The notes under the pieces: model-generated
The model's input: only the letters and a program-made list of their open reading frames with translations
Database searches by the model: none
What the model was told of the DNA's origin: nothing
DNA from: Octopus sinensis
Lineage: Eukaryota
Length of the DNA stretch: 64,000 bases
Assembly (NCBI RefSeq): GCF_006345805.1
Contig: NC_043009.1
Coordinates: 32,116,001 to 32,180,000 of the forward strand
Direction: 5' to 3'
Position numbers and translations under genes: made by a program
Shown here: positions 12,225 through 25,496 of the stretch, piece by piece
Numbering within the stretch: position 1 is the stretch's first letter
How the letters are laid out: each line of letters opens with the position of its first letter

Positions 12225-12360
12225 ATGGAAGGGGGATCTGCTAGAAATAATAGCCAAACCTCACTCGGATCATGCATTGCCAAAAATTAGATAGAATTGA
12301 TGAAGTGTTAGAGGTAACAATCTTTCGGACCAAAAGACAGGATGGTCATGGGATCGAGTA
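12225..12360 (+). repeat. Interspersed repeat family E; other copies at about 15385-15545, about 62810-62960 and a fragment at about 7985-8030
   Basis: Shared CTGCTAGAAATA.(C/T)AGCCAAA..CTC..ATC and AGGATGGTCATG motifs. Confidence 0.45.
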
Positions 12361-12562
12361 AAGATCTGATAGGTTTTAAGTTATAAAGAGTGGGCCCCCC
12401 ATTTTAAATGGTAATTGGCCATGGTGATATGGGATGGATTTGCCCCTGAGACACAGGCCAATGTGAAATGTAGCCAACACTTCTTATTAGGTATTTTAGT
12501 TATTGATGCTAAACAAGTATGATTTATAAGTGGGTTACAGGTGTCATCATCATCATCATCAG

Positions 12563-12818
12563 CAGCAGCATCATCGTTTAACGTCCGCTTTCCATGCTAG
12601 CATGGGTTGGACGGTTCGACTGGGGTCTGGGAAGCCAGGAGGCTGCACTAGACCCAGTCTGATCTGGCAGTGTTTCTACAGCTGGATGCCCTTCCTAACA
12701 CCAACCACTCCATGAGTGTAGTGGGTGCTTTTTACATGCCACCAGCACAGGTGCCAGGCGAGGCTGGCAATGGCCATGATCGGTCGGTGCTTTTTACGTG
12801 CCACCGGCACGGAGGCCA
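12563..12818 (-). mobile_element. RTE-type LINE 3' tail fragment with (GAT)n tail
   Basis: Close match to 21728-21972, including the duplicated TTTTAC(A/G)TGCCACC(A/G)GCAC motif. Confidence 0.85.
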
Positions 12819-13056
12819 GTTTATACATATATACATATGCATTATTATCATGTGTGTGTGTGTGTGTGTGTGTATGTGTGTATGTGTGTGTATGTGTCTA
12901 TGCATGTGTATGTCAGTACTCAGAAATGTACTTTCAGATGTAATGTACTAAAGATTATACAACACTTGCATTGTGTCCTGTAAGGTATTATTACTTCCAG
13001 GGAATCAACAGGAGTTTATACACATACCCATATAGGTACACACAGCCACACACACA

Positions 13057-13482
13057 CGAGTGGTTGTGAGGTATGTAGCTTGCTTACCAACCACATGGTT
13101 CTGGGTACAGTCCCACTGCATGGCACCTTGGGCAAGAGTCTTCTGTTATAGCCTTGATGACCAAAGCCTTGTGAGTGGATTTGATAGACAGAGACTGAAA
13201 GAAGCCCATCATATACATACATACATACATACATACATACAAACATACATACATACATATATATATTCATATGTATGTGTTTGTGTGTCTGTGTTTGCCT
13301 CCCGAGCATCCTTGACAACTGATGCTGGTGTGTTTATATCACCGTAACATTAGCAGTTTGTCCAAAGTTACTGATAGAATAAGTACTAAGCTTACAAAGA
13401 ATAACTCCTAAGGTCAACTTGCTTGACTGAAGGTGGTACTCTAGCATGGCCGCAGTCAAATTACTGAAACAAATAAAAGAAT
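13057..13482 (+). mobile_element. SINE family A, full length, diverged
   Basis: Head, CCTTGGGCAAG, (TACA)n interior and tail all align to 17067-17480. Confidence 0.88.
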
Positions 13483-13492
13483 ATATATATAA

Positions 13493-13525
<33 letters not shown>

Positions 13526-14755
13526 CATATATTTATACCTATATATGTATGGATATGGACTATAGATATATAATAGACATATGTAATTTATAATTATTTA
13601 AATGTATATGCACACACACATACACATATATATACATAAAGAGAGAGAGTGAGAGAGTGAGAGACAGAGAGAGTAAAAATCTAATATAAGTAACAAAGAA
13701 TGAAAATGAACAAAATTACAAGAGTCGTTCCCAGTTGACATTATTGTGTTTGATGCCGAAAATAGAATGGAAAGAGTAAAAGTTATGATGTTTCTGACAT
13801 ATTCTTTCAGACACAAGAGGAAAGTCCAAGAGAAAAAGGGAAGAGGAAGAAAAGAAGATAGGAAATAAAAGGAGAAGAGAGCTGGAGAAAAATACTCATA
13901 TCTTTGTTTCATACTCACATGCACACACACACACACACACGTACTTGTAGAGTACATGATAAATTTAGATGTAATAGAATAGAACAAAAGAAAGGGAATG
14001 ATTTACAAAAAAGAAAATTCTTTACAAATATCTTGTTTTTGTTTCTAACAAGGAGAATATCCACCTAACCCATGCTGACAAAGAAAAATAAACATAAAAC
14101 GAACAAATACCTTCACCAAAGAAATTGTTTTTCATGACATTTTTCTTCATTGTTAGTATAAAACCAGTGTTTTATTCACAGAAACTTTCCTCTACCTCAC
14201 AACCAATTCCATCTCCAATACAAACCAAAGAGCCAGCCACAGTGATCAAAGTGATCATAAGCATCTAATTCCTTTGTATATTTGCTTCCTGATTCATAAT
14301 GAAATTCATTTCTCTTCTGCTAGTAATATAAATTTGTTGAATCATCCACTCCTCATGTTACTTCCAGAAGTGACCCTAAGTAAACGATAATGACAAAAAA
14401 AAAAGTTTAACTATTATTATTCCCATTTAGAAAATAATCAACTTGAGCTTCAACGTGACAGAAATATTTGGAAAAAACAACCAGCATTTGTCTATCACAT
14501 CCTTTATTTCCTTTGTATCAGAGATTAATTTCCTGAAAATGCATAGCTTACTGCACTTTCAGCTCACTATCATAAGGGCATTTATTTAATTCCCGTAGTA
14601 TGCTGTGTCCTTGAGCAAGACACTTTATTTCACATTGCTTCAGTCCAGCCAGTAGGTAAAAATGAGATGTACCAGTATTTAAAAGGGCCAGTCTTGTCAC
14701 ACTCCATCATGCTGAATCTCCCAGACAACTAGGTTCAGAGCACAGTGTCTGTGGA

Positions 14756-14991
14756 CATTGTTTACGTTATTTACATTTGACGGCTATTTGTCCTCATCTT
14801 GTTTGTTGTTAGCACAACGTTTCAGCTGATATACACTCCAGCCTTCATCAGGTGTCTTGGGATGAAGGGTGGAGGGTATATCAGCCAAAACGTTGTGTTA
14901 ACATCAAACAAGGTGAGGACAAATATCTGTCAAATGTAAATAATGTAAATAATGTACATAATTCCTCATGTCTTAAATATAGAACTGTAAC
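14756..14991. mobile_element. Fold-back PLE-type terminal repeat element with 9-bp target-site duplication (hammerhead family 3)
   Basis: Arms 14756-14850 and 14861-14955 are inverted copies; GTCTGTGGA occurs at 14747-14755 and 14992-15000. Confidence 0.75.
14811..14860 (-). ncRNA. Minimal type I hammerhead ribozyme motif
   Basis: Minus strand: GACAC-CUGAUGA-A-GGCUG(GAGUGUAUAU)CAGCU-GAAA-CG-UU^GUGCU; stems I and II pair; stem III is the ACGU palindrome. Confidence 0.65.
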
Positions 14992-15674
14992 GTCTGTGGA
15001 GTTGAACGTTAATTTCATAAGCAGCCTGTTCCATTGATTGGATCAACTGGAACTCCAACTTCATAACCGAGTTGCAGTTTATGTTGTATCTTAGATTATT
15101 TCCATAAAAACATTATTTGTATCATTATAATGCAGAAAGCTTTACTTGGTTCTTCAAATGTGCTAGAAAAGGTTGTGAAATTTTACAAGAAAATGGTATG
15201 GATGGTCACAGCTGGAGTGGCCTTGTTCACAAGCCTCCATGATTACAGTTTGAGTGTTTTTGTTCATAGGTGTTGAAGGTTTGATCATGAGCCCTTGTTC
15301 ATAGGTCTGTGTGTACTCAAATAGATTTGACAGGGAGCTAAACAACAGCACAAACAAAAACTACCTTACCTCGATGCAAGGGGAGCCTCCGTACCATCAG
15401 ACTATCAGCTAGAAACAACAGCTCAATCTTAATCAATCTTCAACCTAGTTTTAAAAAAAGAATATATGGAGCATATTGGATAATGTTGTCTTACGTTATT
15501 ATTTCTGAAGAGAAAAGAACTGAATAGTCACAACTGGAATATTAACAATAGGTCTGTTTGATCTAGTTTGATCTGGTTCAGTACAACAACTGCTACATTT
15601 TCTCTGCCTTTTTATACATATAAGATTTCATTGCAGTTCAAGGAATGCTTCAAGTTGATGAAAAATAAAATATT

Positions 15675-16180
15675 TAAATTGTTTTGATGTTCCCCAATAT
15701 GATTAGATCCAAATTTTTATTATGTTGTCTAAATTGTTAAGATTTGCTCTAAATTGTTACGATGTCTAAAATATTACAAGTTGTAAGTTAAATTTTTAGA
15801 CCTCAGCTTTTATGATCAGTCCTAAATTACTATTATTGATGTCTAAAATGCTACAATGCACTTTAAATTGTTTTGATGTCAAAATAATTATATCGAAATT
15901 CTCAATTATTATTATGTCTTAATTGTTAGGATGCTTACTCTGCTCTTAGTATGGTGTCTAATTTACCATGAAATCTAAATTATTATAATCAGATCTACAT
16001 TGTTACGATTGATTTAAATTCTTATGATTTTGTTTAGAATGTTATGATGAGATCTAAATTTTTATGATCAAATCTAAATTGCTATGATCAGTTCTAAATT
16101 GTTATTATTGAAGACTAAATTGTTATGATGTAGTTTAAATTATTATGATGTGATCTCAGTTTTTATGACATAATCTAAAG
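15675..16180. repeat. Degenerate minisatellite with unit of about 18-21 bp, consensus TCTAAATTGTTATGAT+
   Basis: About 20 or more variants of CTAAATTGTTA(T/C)GAT, counted by eye. Confidence 0.8.
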
Positions 16181-17066
16181 AGTCAAGATGTGCATAGTAG
16201 ATTTTTTTTCCATTTTATACACTATGCTTTTCTTTTAAAAAAAAACACATGGTTCCTTTCAGCCAGATTCCTTGCTTTGACAACTTTAACCAAAATGATC
16301 TATGACCTATTTAATTATTCATTAAATATATTTTATTGGTTTTCATTTTTTATGTTATCAAACGTTCTGTGTTGACAAATTGATAAATTTATATGTGTGT
16401 AAAGTAATTTGCAGAAATCTAAATATTTGTAAAATATTTATAAAATCACTCCAAATGCTTTATATTTATATAATTTTGTTTTCGTTTTATGCAAACTATT
16501 TCAACTGAATACAAAACAACGAAGCAACAAAATACAAACGTTTGCTAGGAAAATGGAAGTTGAGAAAAGTTTGCTTGTCATCATAAGACTTCATAACAAG
16601 TGAGGTTGAAATATAAAATTAAAAATCAATTTGAATACAAAGTCTTCAGAAAACAGTGTTCAATATTCCCAAAGTCATCATTTTATAAGTTCTGTGAAAA
16701 TTGAAATCAGAGTTATTATGGAAACATATTTTACAATAGAGTCAAAATGTTTCTAAACCACCTCTGATTCTCTTCACATACCAGAAGATTTCAGTCTCAG
16801 GATAGTGAATTATCAAATTATTTGTCAGATCCTAATTAATTTCTCATTTTCCTTATCAATTCCCACTCCAAATTACACCAGTTTCCACAGCTCACCAACC
16901 ACATAAATCTTAATGCAGGCATATATAATTGCTAACTACTTTGTTCAGTTATCTTTCCATTTGTGCTATATGAATAAATGATGTAGTTTTGGAGTCAGTT
17001 TTGACTGCTATATCTAGCATAGTGGTACCTCCCCAGTACCCTTAATTATAATTATATTTATATATA

Positions 17067-17480
17067 GGCGCAGGAGTGGCTGTGTGGTAAGTAGCTTGCT
17101 AACCAAGCACATGGTTCCGGGTTCAGTCCCACTGCGTGGCATCTTGGGCAAGTGTCTTCTGCTATAGCCCCGGGCCGACCAATGCCTTGTGAGTGGATTT
17201 GGTAGACGGAAACTGAAAGAAGCCTGTCGTACATATGTATATATATATGTATGTATGTGTGTTTGTTTGTGTGTCTGTGTTTGTCCCCCTAGCATTGCTT
17301 GACAACCGATGGTGGTGTGTTTATGTTCCCGTTACTTAGCGGTTCGGCAAAAAAGACCGATAGAATAAGTACTGGGCTTACAAAAAGAATAAGTCCCGGG
17401 GTCGAATTGCTCGATTAAAGGCGGTGCTCCAGCATGGCCGCAGTCAAATGACTGAAACAAAGAAAAGAGTAAAAGAGTAA
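17067..17480 (+). mobile_element. SINE family A, best-preserved copy
   Basis: A box TGGCTGTGTGG 17077-17087, B box GGTTCAGTCCC 17120-17130, (AAAAGAGT) tail, 19-bp near-perfect TSD (17048-17066 and 17480-17498, one mismatch). Confidence 0.95.
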
Positions 17481-17885
17481 TAATTATATATATATATAGT
17501 AATTGTTACCTATACAGTTTTTTTCCATACTGGCCACTTGATATGATCATTATTTTAAATAATGGTCTTATATATATATATGTCTCTCATCTCTCACATG
17601 ACTTCCAACATACTTTGCTCAGAACTGCAACAATTAAGTTTCTTTCCTCATCCACATTTCTCATTCACAGACCCTTGATCTAAAAATATATGAAACAAAT
17701 GATAGTCAACTGCATCGGTCTCACTTCTGTAGCATCTCATGTGGATGTTATCAGAGTTACTCTCCCACCAGTGAGGTTTTATATAAAAGCAGAAAACCTC
17801 ATTTTAATTTTTTGGAAACTAAGGAAGATCATCATCATTGTCATCCTCATCAGTGCCATCATTGCCGTTGTCATCGTCATCATAC

Positions 17886-17942
<57 letters not shown>

Positions 17943-17959
17943 TGTCATCTGTCATATTT

Positions 17960-18125
17960 GAATTCGGTCTTCCATGCTGGCATAGGATGGACAGTTTGAC
18001 AGGATCTGACAAGTCAAAGGATTGTGTCAGGCTCCAGGGTCTGCTTTGGCATGGTTTCTATGGCAAGTGCACTTCCTAACACCAACCACTTTGAAGAGTG
18101 CACTGCATGCTTTTTCATGGTACTA
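17960..18125 (-). mobile_element. RTE-type 3' tail fragment, decayed, next to (TCA)n
   Basis: TCCATGCTGGCATAGGATGGACAGTTTGAC..CTTCCTAACACCAACCACT. Confidence 0.65.
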
Positions 18126-19314
18126 ACATAAGTGAGGTCCCTAAGTACCTCACTCATGAAACAAACAGTAAAACCCACTCGGCTGGGTGGGGTTGTTTCA
18201 GAAAAGAAGGTGGTTTTAAAGGGGAGTAAAATCGAGTTTATTGTGATGTATCTTCCCTCAGCTTTGGTTAGATGTGGTTGTAGAACTGGCTCAGCTGATG
18301 CCAAATGTGGAAAAGCAACCCACTGGATGGAACAATAATTGCTTTGTCTTCTACCCGACACTTGCAGTAGGAAAGATCTTGCAGAGTTCAATGGAAGGGC
18401 AAAGAGCTGTGGTGGGTGGGTGTTGTGGGTTAGAAAGAGAGAGAGAGTGGGAAGCTTCTCCATGTCATGATATTTGACACGAAGAAGAATCACAATTTAC
18501 ATTACATAATTTCCTTGAGTGACGGAAAAAAAACCCCCATTATTTGTGGTCAGTTTAAAGACAAAAGAAAAAGAAAATGTGGAAAGCAGATTACTAATTA
18601 ATTAACCTCGTAAACAGCCCATGTATTTGATACAAACTAATAAATAACTGAATTAACAAATAAATAAAATAAAAATTCACAATTTCCTTCAAAGTTGTTT
18701 ATATTGTCTTTTACTGCATGTTTTTTTTTATTGCTTTTTGCTTTGTATTTATCATATTTAAATCCCATTTTCAGATTGTATTTATCAGTATAATAAACAT
18801 ATTGTTTAAAGATCAAAATGTCTTGTTTGTTGTTTTTCTTTATATCTAATTCTTACTGCAACAGTGCCAAAACAATTTCTAAAATCTTCTCAGTGTTGTG
18901 TATTTATATTGGTTTGCTTTGCTCTGTTTGCAAAGCAGTATTCATGAAATACATTTAAATGTAGTCTTAATCTGTTACTCTTATTGTGTTTTACTTAATA
19001 ATTCCGACAAATATGCTTTTTGTTCTTGCTTAGAAGAACAAACTATTATTTGCGAGAGCAACAATATATTTCATCTAATAATTATATTCCATTATTGTTT
19101 ATATTAGTTTATTACACATATACTCAACATATGAGTTATATTTATTTTACTATTATCATTTATTTTTATTTTCATTTCAAACTGTTTCTAACAGATTTCT
19201 CTCAAATTCAAAATCTTACCTTTTCTTCTTAAGTTTTAAACCAGAATTTCAATTAGAATTTGATTCCAACTACACACACCACACATGTATGTATGTATAT
19301 ATATATATATATAT

Positions 19315-19384
<70 letters not shown>

Positions 19385-19741
19385 TGTGTGTATGCATGTA
19401 TCTATCTATATATATATTGTATTACTGAAAACAAAATAGTGTATTTCATTCGAATTAGAATTAATTGTATTAAACATTATTATTGCTATCAAAACTAGTA
19501 TTACTGTAATGTTGCATCTTTTGTTTTTTTTATTATTCATTCATTTACATGATTAACTGAAAACATCAACCAACAGAATTCATTTAAGATAATTGTATAT
19601 ATATTTATGCATATATATATATGTGTGTGTGTAAGCATGTGTGCATGTATGTATGTGTGTGTGTATATATATATGTATATATATGTATATTTATATGTAC
19701 ATATATATTTATACCTGTGTGATATCATGTGTGTATGTATT

Positions 19742-19773
<32 letters not shown>

Positions 19774-20336
19774 ATATATATAATATATATATATATATAT
19801 TATATATACATATATATGTATATATGTATATATATATATATGTATTTCATATATATTTATTTATTTTGAAAGATTTCATACGAAATTGTCTGTATTGGAT
19901 TTATTTAGACAAAAGTTTAAGTTTGCAAAAAAAAAATATTTTTACTGAAATTAATTATATATTTATTTAGACATGTGTGCATAAAATTAAACACAGCATG
20001 CACTCACACACACACGTAGATGTGTACTTGTATATGTATGTGTGCCTGCAGTATGTATGCATGTGTGTATGCAGTATGCAAGAGGCATAGATACATATCA
20101 TCACCATCATCAGCATTAGCATCGTGTGATATGCGTTTTCCATGCTGGCATTGGTTGGCTAGCATTATGCATGTGGATGTGTGTGCATGGCCATATATGG
20201 CTTGTCTGTACATGTATTTTATATTTATATGTGGTTTCAGTGTCACCTTTCTACTCATCATACATTTGTACACTGGCACATGGGTTCACTGGCCACAATA
20301 ACTTCAATCGATTGATTTTCACAACTCAGATATACA

Positions 20337-20367
<31 letters not shown>

Positions 20368-20481
20368 TGTTTGTATACACACACATATATATATGTTAAG
20401 AGAGAGAGAGAGAGAGACTGATGAAGAGTTATAGATTTATGTATAGTTATATCTGTATCTGTCTATCTATGGAGTTACCCA

Positions 20482-20519
<38 letters not shown>

Positions 20520-20520
20520 C

Positions 20521-20685
20521 AAGAGTGGCTGTGTGGTAAGTAGATTGCTTAACAGCCACATCATTTCATGTTCAGTCCCACTGCATGGCACCTTGGCCGA
20601 GTGCTTTCTACTATAGCCTCAGGTCGACCAAAGTCTTGTGGATGGATTCAGCAGAGGGGAAACTGAAAGATACCCATCGTGTGTG

Positions 20686-20722
<37 letters not shown>

Positions 20723-20940
20723 TTGTGTGTCAGTGTTTGTCCCCCACCATCGCTTGACAACTGATGGTGGTGTGTCTACACCCCTGTAACTTAGCAGTTT
20801 GGCAAAAGTGACCAATAGAATAAGTACTAGGCTTACAAAGAATAAGTGTTGGGGTCAATTTGTTCGACAAAACGTGGTGCTGCAGCATGGCCGCAGTCAA
20901 ATGACTGAAACAAATAAAAGATGAAAGAATAAAAGAAGTA
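20521..20940 (+). mobile_element. SINE family A, full length, diverged
   Basis: GAGTGGCTGTGTGGTAAG through CAGCATGGCCGCAGTCAAATGACTGAAAC. Confidence 0.9.
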
Positions 20941-20959
20941 TAAATGTATATATATATTC

Positions 20960-21362
20960 TTTTATTTTTATTCTTTTACTTGTTTCAGTCCTTTGACTGT
21001 GGCCATGCTGGAGCACTGCCTTTAATCGAGCAACTCGACCCTGGGACTTATTCTTTTGTAAGCCCAGTACTTATTCTATCGGTCTCTTTTGCCGAACCGC
21101 TAAGTAACGGGGACATAAACACGCCAGCATCGGTTGTCAAGCAATGCTCAGAGGACAAACACAGACACACACACGCATATATATATATATATACATATAT
21201 ACGACAGGCTTCTTTCAGTTTCCGTCTACCAAATCCACTCACAAGGCTTTTGTCGGCCCGAGACTATAGTAGAAGACAGTTGCCCAAGGTACCACGCAGT
21301 GGGACTGAACCCGGAACCATGTGGTTGGTAAACAAGCTACCTACCACACAGCCACTCCTGCG

Positions 21363-21365
<3 letters not shown>
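20960..21365 (-). mobile_element. SINE family A, full length, young, tail-to-tail with the previous copy
   Basis: Reverse complement of 17067-17480; ends CACACAGCCACTCCTGCGCC. Confidence 0.93.
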
Positions 21366-21431
<66 letters not shown>

Positions 21432-21674
21432 GGAGGGAGAGGATTTGCCGGAAGTTACCCAACAGTAAATCAAAATTCCATAAATACTCTCTGTAATTCT
21501 GTATTGACTCATATGGAAAAATGTGTCGCTGAAGGACTTTAGTTTGAACAATTTTCATGATGTTTCATATTTACAAGCTTTTATTAAACTCATTCAGTTG
21601 TTAAAAATAAATAAAGCTTGGAATTAAATGGTTTTGATTTGCTGTCAGGTGACTTTTGGCCAACCTGTATATAA

Positions 21675-21719
<45 letters not shown>

Positions 21720-21727
21720 TGATTATA

Positions 21728-22520
21728 GTTTAACGTCCGTTTTCCATGCTACCATGGGTTGGACGGTTTGACTGGGGTCTGGGAAGCCAGGAGGCTGCAC
21801 CAGACACCAGTCTGAAGTGGCAGTATTTCTGCAGCTGGATGCCCTTCCTAACGCCAACCAGTCCGTGAGTGTAGGGGGTGCTTTTCACGTGCCACCAGCA
21901 CAAGGACCAGAGGAGGCTGCCAACAGCCATGATCGGTTGGTTATTTTTACGTGCCACCGGCACGGAAGCCAGTCAATGTGGCGCTAGCATTGATTTTCAT
22001 TTTGATGTTGATGTACTTGACTTAATAGGTCTTCTCAAGTAAGGCAGGTCGCCCTACGATCCAAAGTACTCTTGAATGGGCTGGGGCTGGTTATGCGAAA
22101 CTGGTGTAGAATAGAGCGTGAACTCACTTTATTTGTCGGGTCTTCGCAGTCACAGCATATGTCCAGAGGTCTTGGTCTTTCCGCATTGCCTCTGTGAGGC
22201 CCAACGTTCGAGGGTCAGGCTTCACCATCTCATCCCATGTCTTCCTGGGTCTACCTCTACCCCGGATTCCTTCAACTGTTTGGGAGTGGCACTTCTTCAC
22301 ACATCTATCCTCATCCCTTTGTTGTACATGACCATACCAGCGCAAACGTCTCTTGTGCACGCCACATCCGATGCTTCTTATGTCCAACATTTCTCTCAGG
22401 GTGTTTACACTCTGCCATGTGTGCACACAGACATAACACATCCAGTGGATCATGCTAGCTTCATTTCTTTTGAGCCTACGCATGTCCTCCGCAGTCACGA
22501 CTCCAAAATATAAAATGGTG
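21728..22520 (-). mobile_element. RTE-clade LINE, 5' truncated: RT C-terminus plus 3' UTR
   Basis: RRLRWYGHVQQRDEDRCVKKC..VEGIRGRGRPRKTW..V is typical of the RTE ORF C-terminus. Confidence 0.88.
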
Positions 22521-22560
22521 ACAGTTTCCCCATCACATCCTGTACATAAATAAATCAATG

Positions 22561-22595
<35 letters not shown>

Positions 22596-23504
22596 GCATA
22601 TATATTTGTTCAGTGCATGCTAATATGGAAATTGAATGTAAAGCTTTGATGATGATCATGGGCATACACACAAACACACAGATACAATCACTCAGACACT
22701 CTCACACACACACACACACACACTCAGATGCACACACATACACACACATTTATTGGCTTTGAACTTTGGCATTTTCAAAAAAAAATTCAGGGATGGTGAC
22801 AAATCAATTATATCGATACCAGTGCTCAACTGATACTTATTCTATCGACATCGAAAGGATGAAAAGCAAAATCACCGTTGCCGGAATGCGAACCCATAGC
22901 ATGAAGATGGAGGAAATGCCTCCAAACATTTTGGCCAGCATGTTCACAATTCTGACACACGTATATATTAATAGAATTGTTTGGGAAGGTTAAAAAAACC
23001 CACAAACATTCGCTGCACAAAACACTTAATTGTGGTGAAAGAGAGAAATATTAATAAATTTTTAAGTCACATTGAAATTGTGTTTGTGTGTGTGTGTGTG
23101 TGTGTGGTGCATGGTATGTGTTCATATGTGTTTGTGCATGTCTCTGGACATGTGAACGAGGGAGGGAGAGATATAGATATTAACCAGAAGAAATATCTAT
23201 AATAACTACATCTCCACTCGTTCTCTTCCCTTCGTTAGATGACGATGATATTTTCCTGTAGACACGCTGCTGACTAAAGCGTCAACACAATGAAATAAAG
23301 GCATACATGCTCATGTGGCAATATACACATGTACATACATGCAAACATTAAACCCCACCACATGTTCTTATATATACATATATAGTAAGTATTTATACAT
23401 GTATCTCTCGCCCTCTCTCTCTCTCTTCTGTTTGATTCTTCTTCTCTCTCTCTTCTGCTTGTCTGTCTCTCTTTCTCTCTCCCTCTCTCAATATTATATG
23501 TATA

Positions 23505-23554
<50 letters not shown>

Positions 23555-23574
23555 ATGCAACACATATATATGTG

Positions 23575-23616
<42 letters not shown>

Positions 23617-23763
23617 TATATATATGTGTGTGTATGCATATATATTTATATATGCATATAAATATGTATATATATATATGAGTGTGTGTATATATATATA
23701 TATTTATATATATATGTACATATATATGAGTGTGTGTATGTATATATATGCATATATCTACAT

Positions 23764-23804
<41 letters not shown>

Positions 23805-24769
23805 AACATGCCTACATAAACAGATATATAGAATGCATAGACATGTGTATTTATGTGTTACTCAGTACATTAAATTAAGAAAAAATAATTAATTGTATAC
23901 ATACATATAGGCATATATACATATGTACAAATATATTTATACAGACATACACCCATACACGCACATATACATACACATATATATTTCAAAGTTTTACCTT
24001 CTGCTGTAGTCGTATGATATAATTTTAACTTCGTCATGTATTATTTAATAGGATAAACATTTTTAAGTGCTAAATGCCTCAAGGGCACCAATGCCTGAGG
24101 CTTGTCCATTGATAATTCCTCAAAATTTAATAAATATTCTGGCTTTAATTACTGCCTATTTATTGGAAATGTAAAGCTAAAAGAGTGAAAAAATAGCTCC
24201 AAAGTATATATATAAAAAAAAATGTTCTCTGAAATAACAAAGAGAAAAAGAAATTGTGTTATGTCAAGCTTAATAATTCAAAGAACAGCCTAAAGAATTA
24301 CATCCAAAATTTTTTGCAGAAAATTTTCATTGTCCGCAGTAAACAACCAAAGTTATTGAGGATTAATTCTAAATTTGGATAAATTCTTTTCTAGAAGTGA
24401 TTTTGATAGATGTTAATGTTTTGGTGCTGGAATTGTTAAGAATGTTTTATGGAGAAGTGGTGCTGATTTACTTGACGAAGTAAATTAATTGATTATTATT
24501 TTAGATTCTTGCTGTTTACACTTGAAACATTTAAGTGCTTTCGATGTTATATATTTAGACTGTTTCAATTGATAAAAGTATAGCTGCAAATAATGGTGGA
24601 GAAGAATTACACAGATATGCCATCTGCATGGATAAAACATAGTTAAACTTGAGTCAATCTACTTCATCTAGTGAGACAGACATTTTGAATTCATTAAAAC
24701 TTCACGTGGCATAATTTTAATGGAGAGGCCATTTTTTAATATTTTACCAACTGGCACTGTCTCAATTAT

Positions 24770-25055
24770 GACGATGAGGGTTCACGTTGATCCAATCAAC
24801 AGAGCTGACTCCAATCAAATGACTGAACACTCTACATATACCTTTAACATAATTCTTAGGTAATTTAGCATAACAAAGTGTATGACGAAACTGGTCCCTT
24901 AAAATACAGGTACTACTCATTTTTTCCTGATGGGTGAACTGGAGCAACGTGAAATAAAGAGCCTTGCTCAAGGACACAATGCCCTGCTAGGAATTGAACT
25001 CATGACCTTATGATCATGAACCGAATACTCTAACCACTAAGCCTTGCACCTTCAC
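24770..25055 (-). mobile_element. CORE-type SINE (family C), decayed
   Basis: GAACTGGAGCAACGTGAAATAAAGAGCCTTGCTCAAGGACAC..GAATTGAACTC..CTCTAACCACTAAGCC. Confidence 0.75.
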
Positions 25056-25288
25056 AGGCGCCCTGGAGACGTCATAGCTATAGGCAAGATGAAGTTCCTG
25101 GTTCAATCCCATTGCATGGCACTTTCTGCTGTAGCCCCAAACAGATCAATGCCTTATGTGTGAAACTGGAAGATGGGAACTGAGAGGATTCTCATATATA
25201 CATATATGAATATATGCTTACATATATGTGCATATGTATGTGTTTGTGTGTGTATGTGTGTGTGCGTGCATATATATACATATACATA

Positions 25289-25351
<63 letters not shown>

Positions 25352-25457
25352 ATAGTACACAGTAGACAGGGGTATGAGAGTAACCCACTATGGGATATCA
25401 GATATCCAATATACTGCTTGTGAAGTACCCATATATATATATATTATATATATATAT

Positions 25458-25496
<39 letters not shown>

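Larger units (their letters stand above)
14590..15065 (+). mobile_element. CORE-type SINE (family C) split by an insertion at 14756-14991
   Basis: GTGTCCTTGAGCAAGACACTTTATTTCACATTGC..CAGTCCA is CORE-like; the 3' part resumes at GTCTGTGGAG..GTTAATTTCA..GATCAACTGGAAC. Confidence 0.7.
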
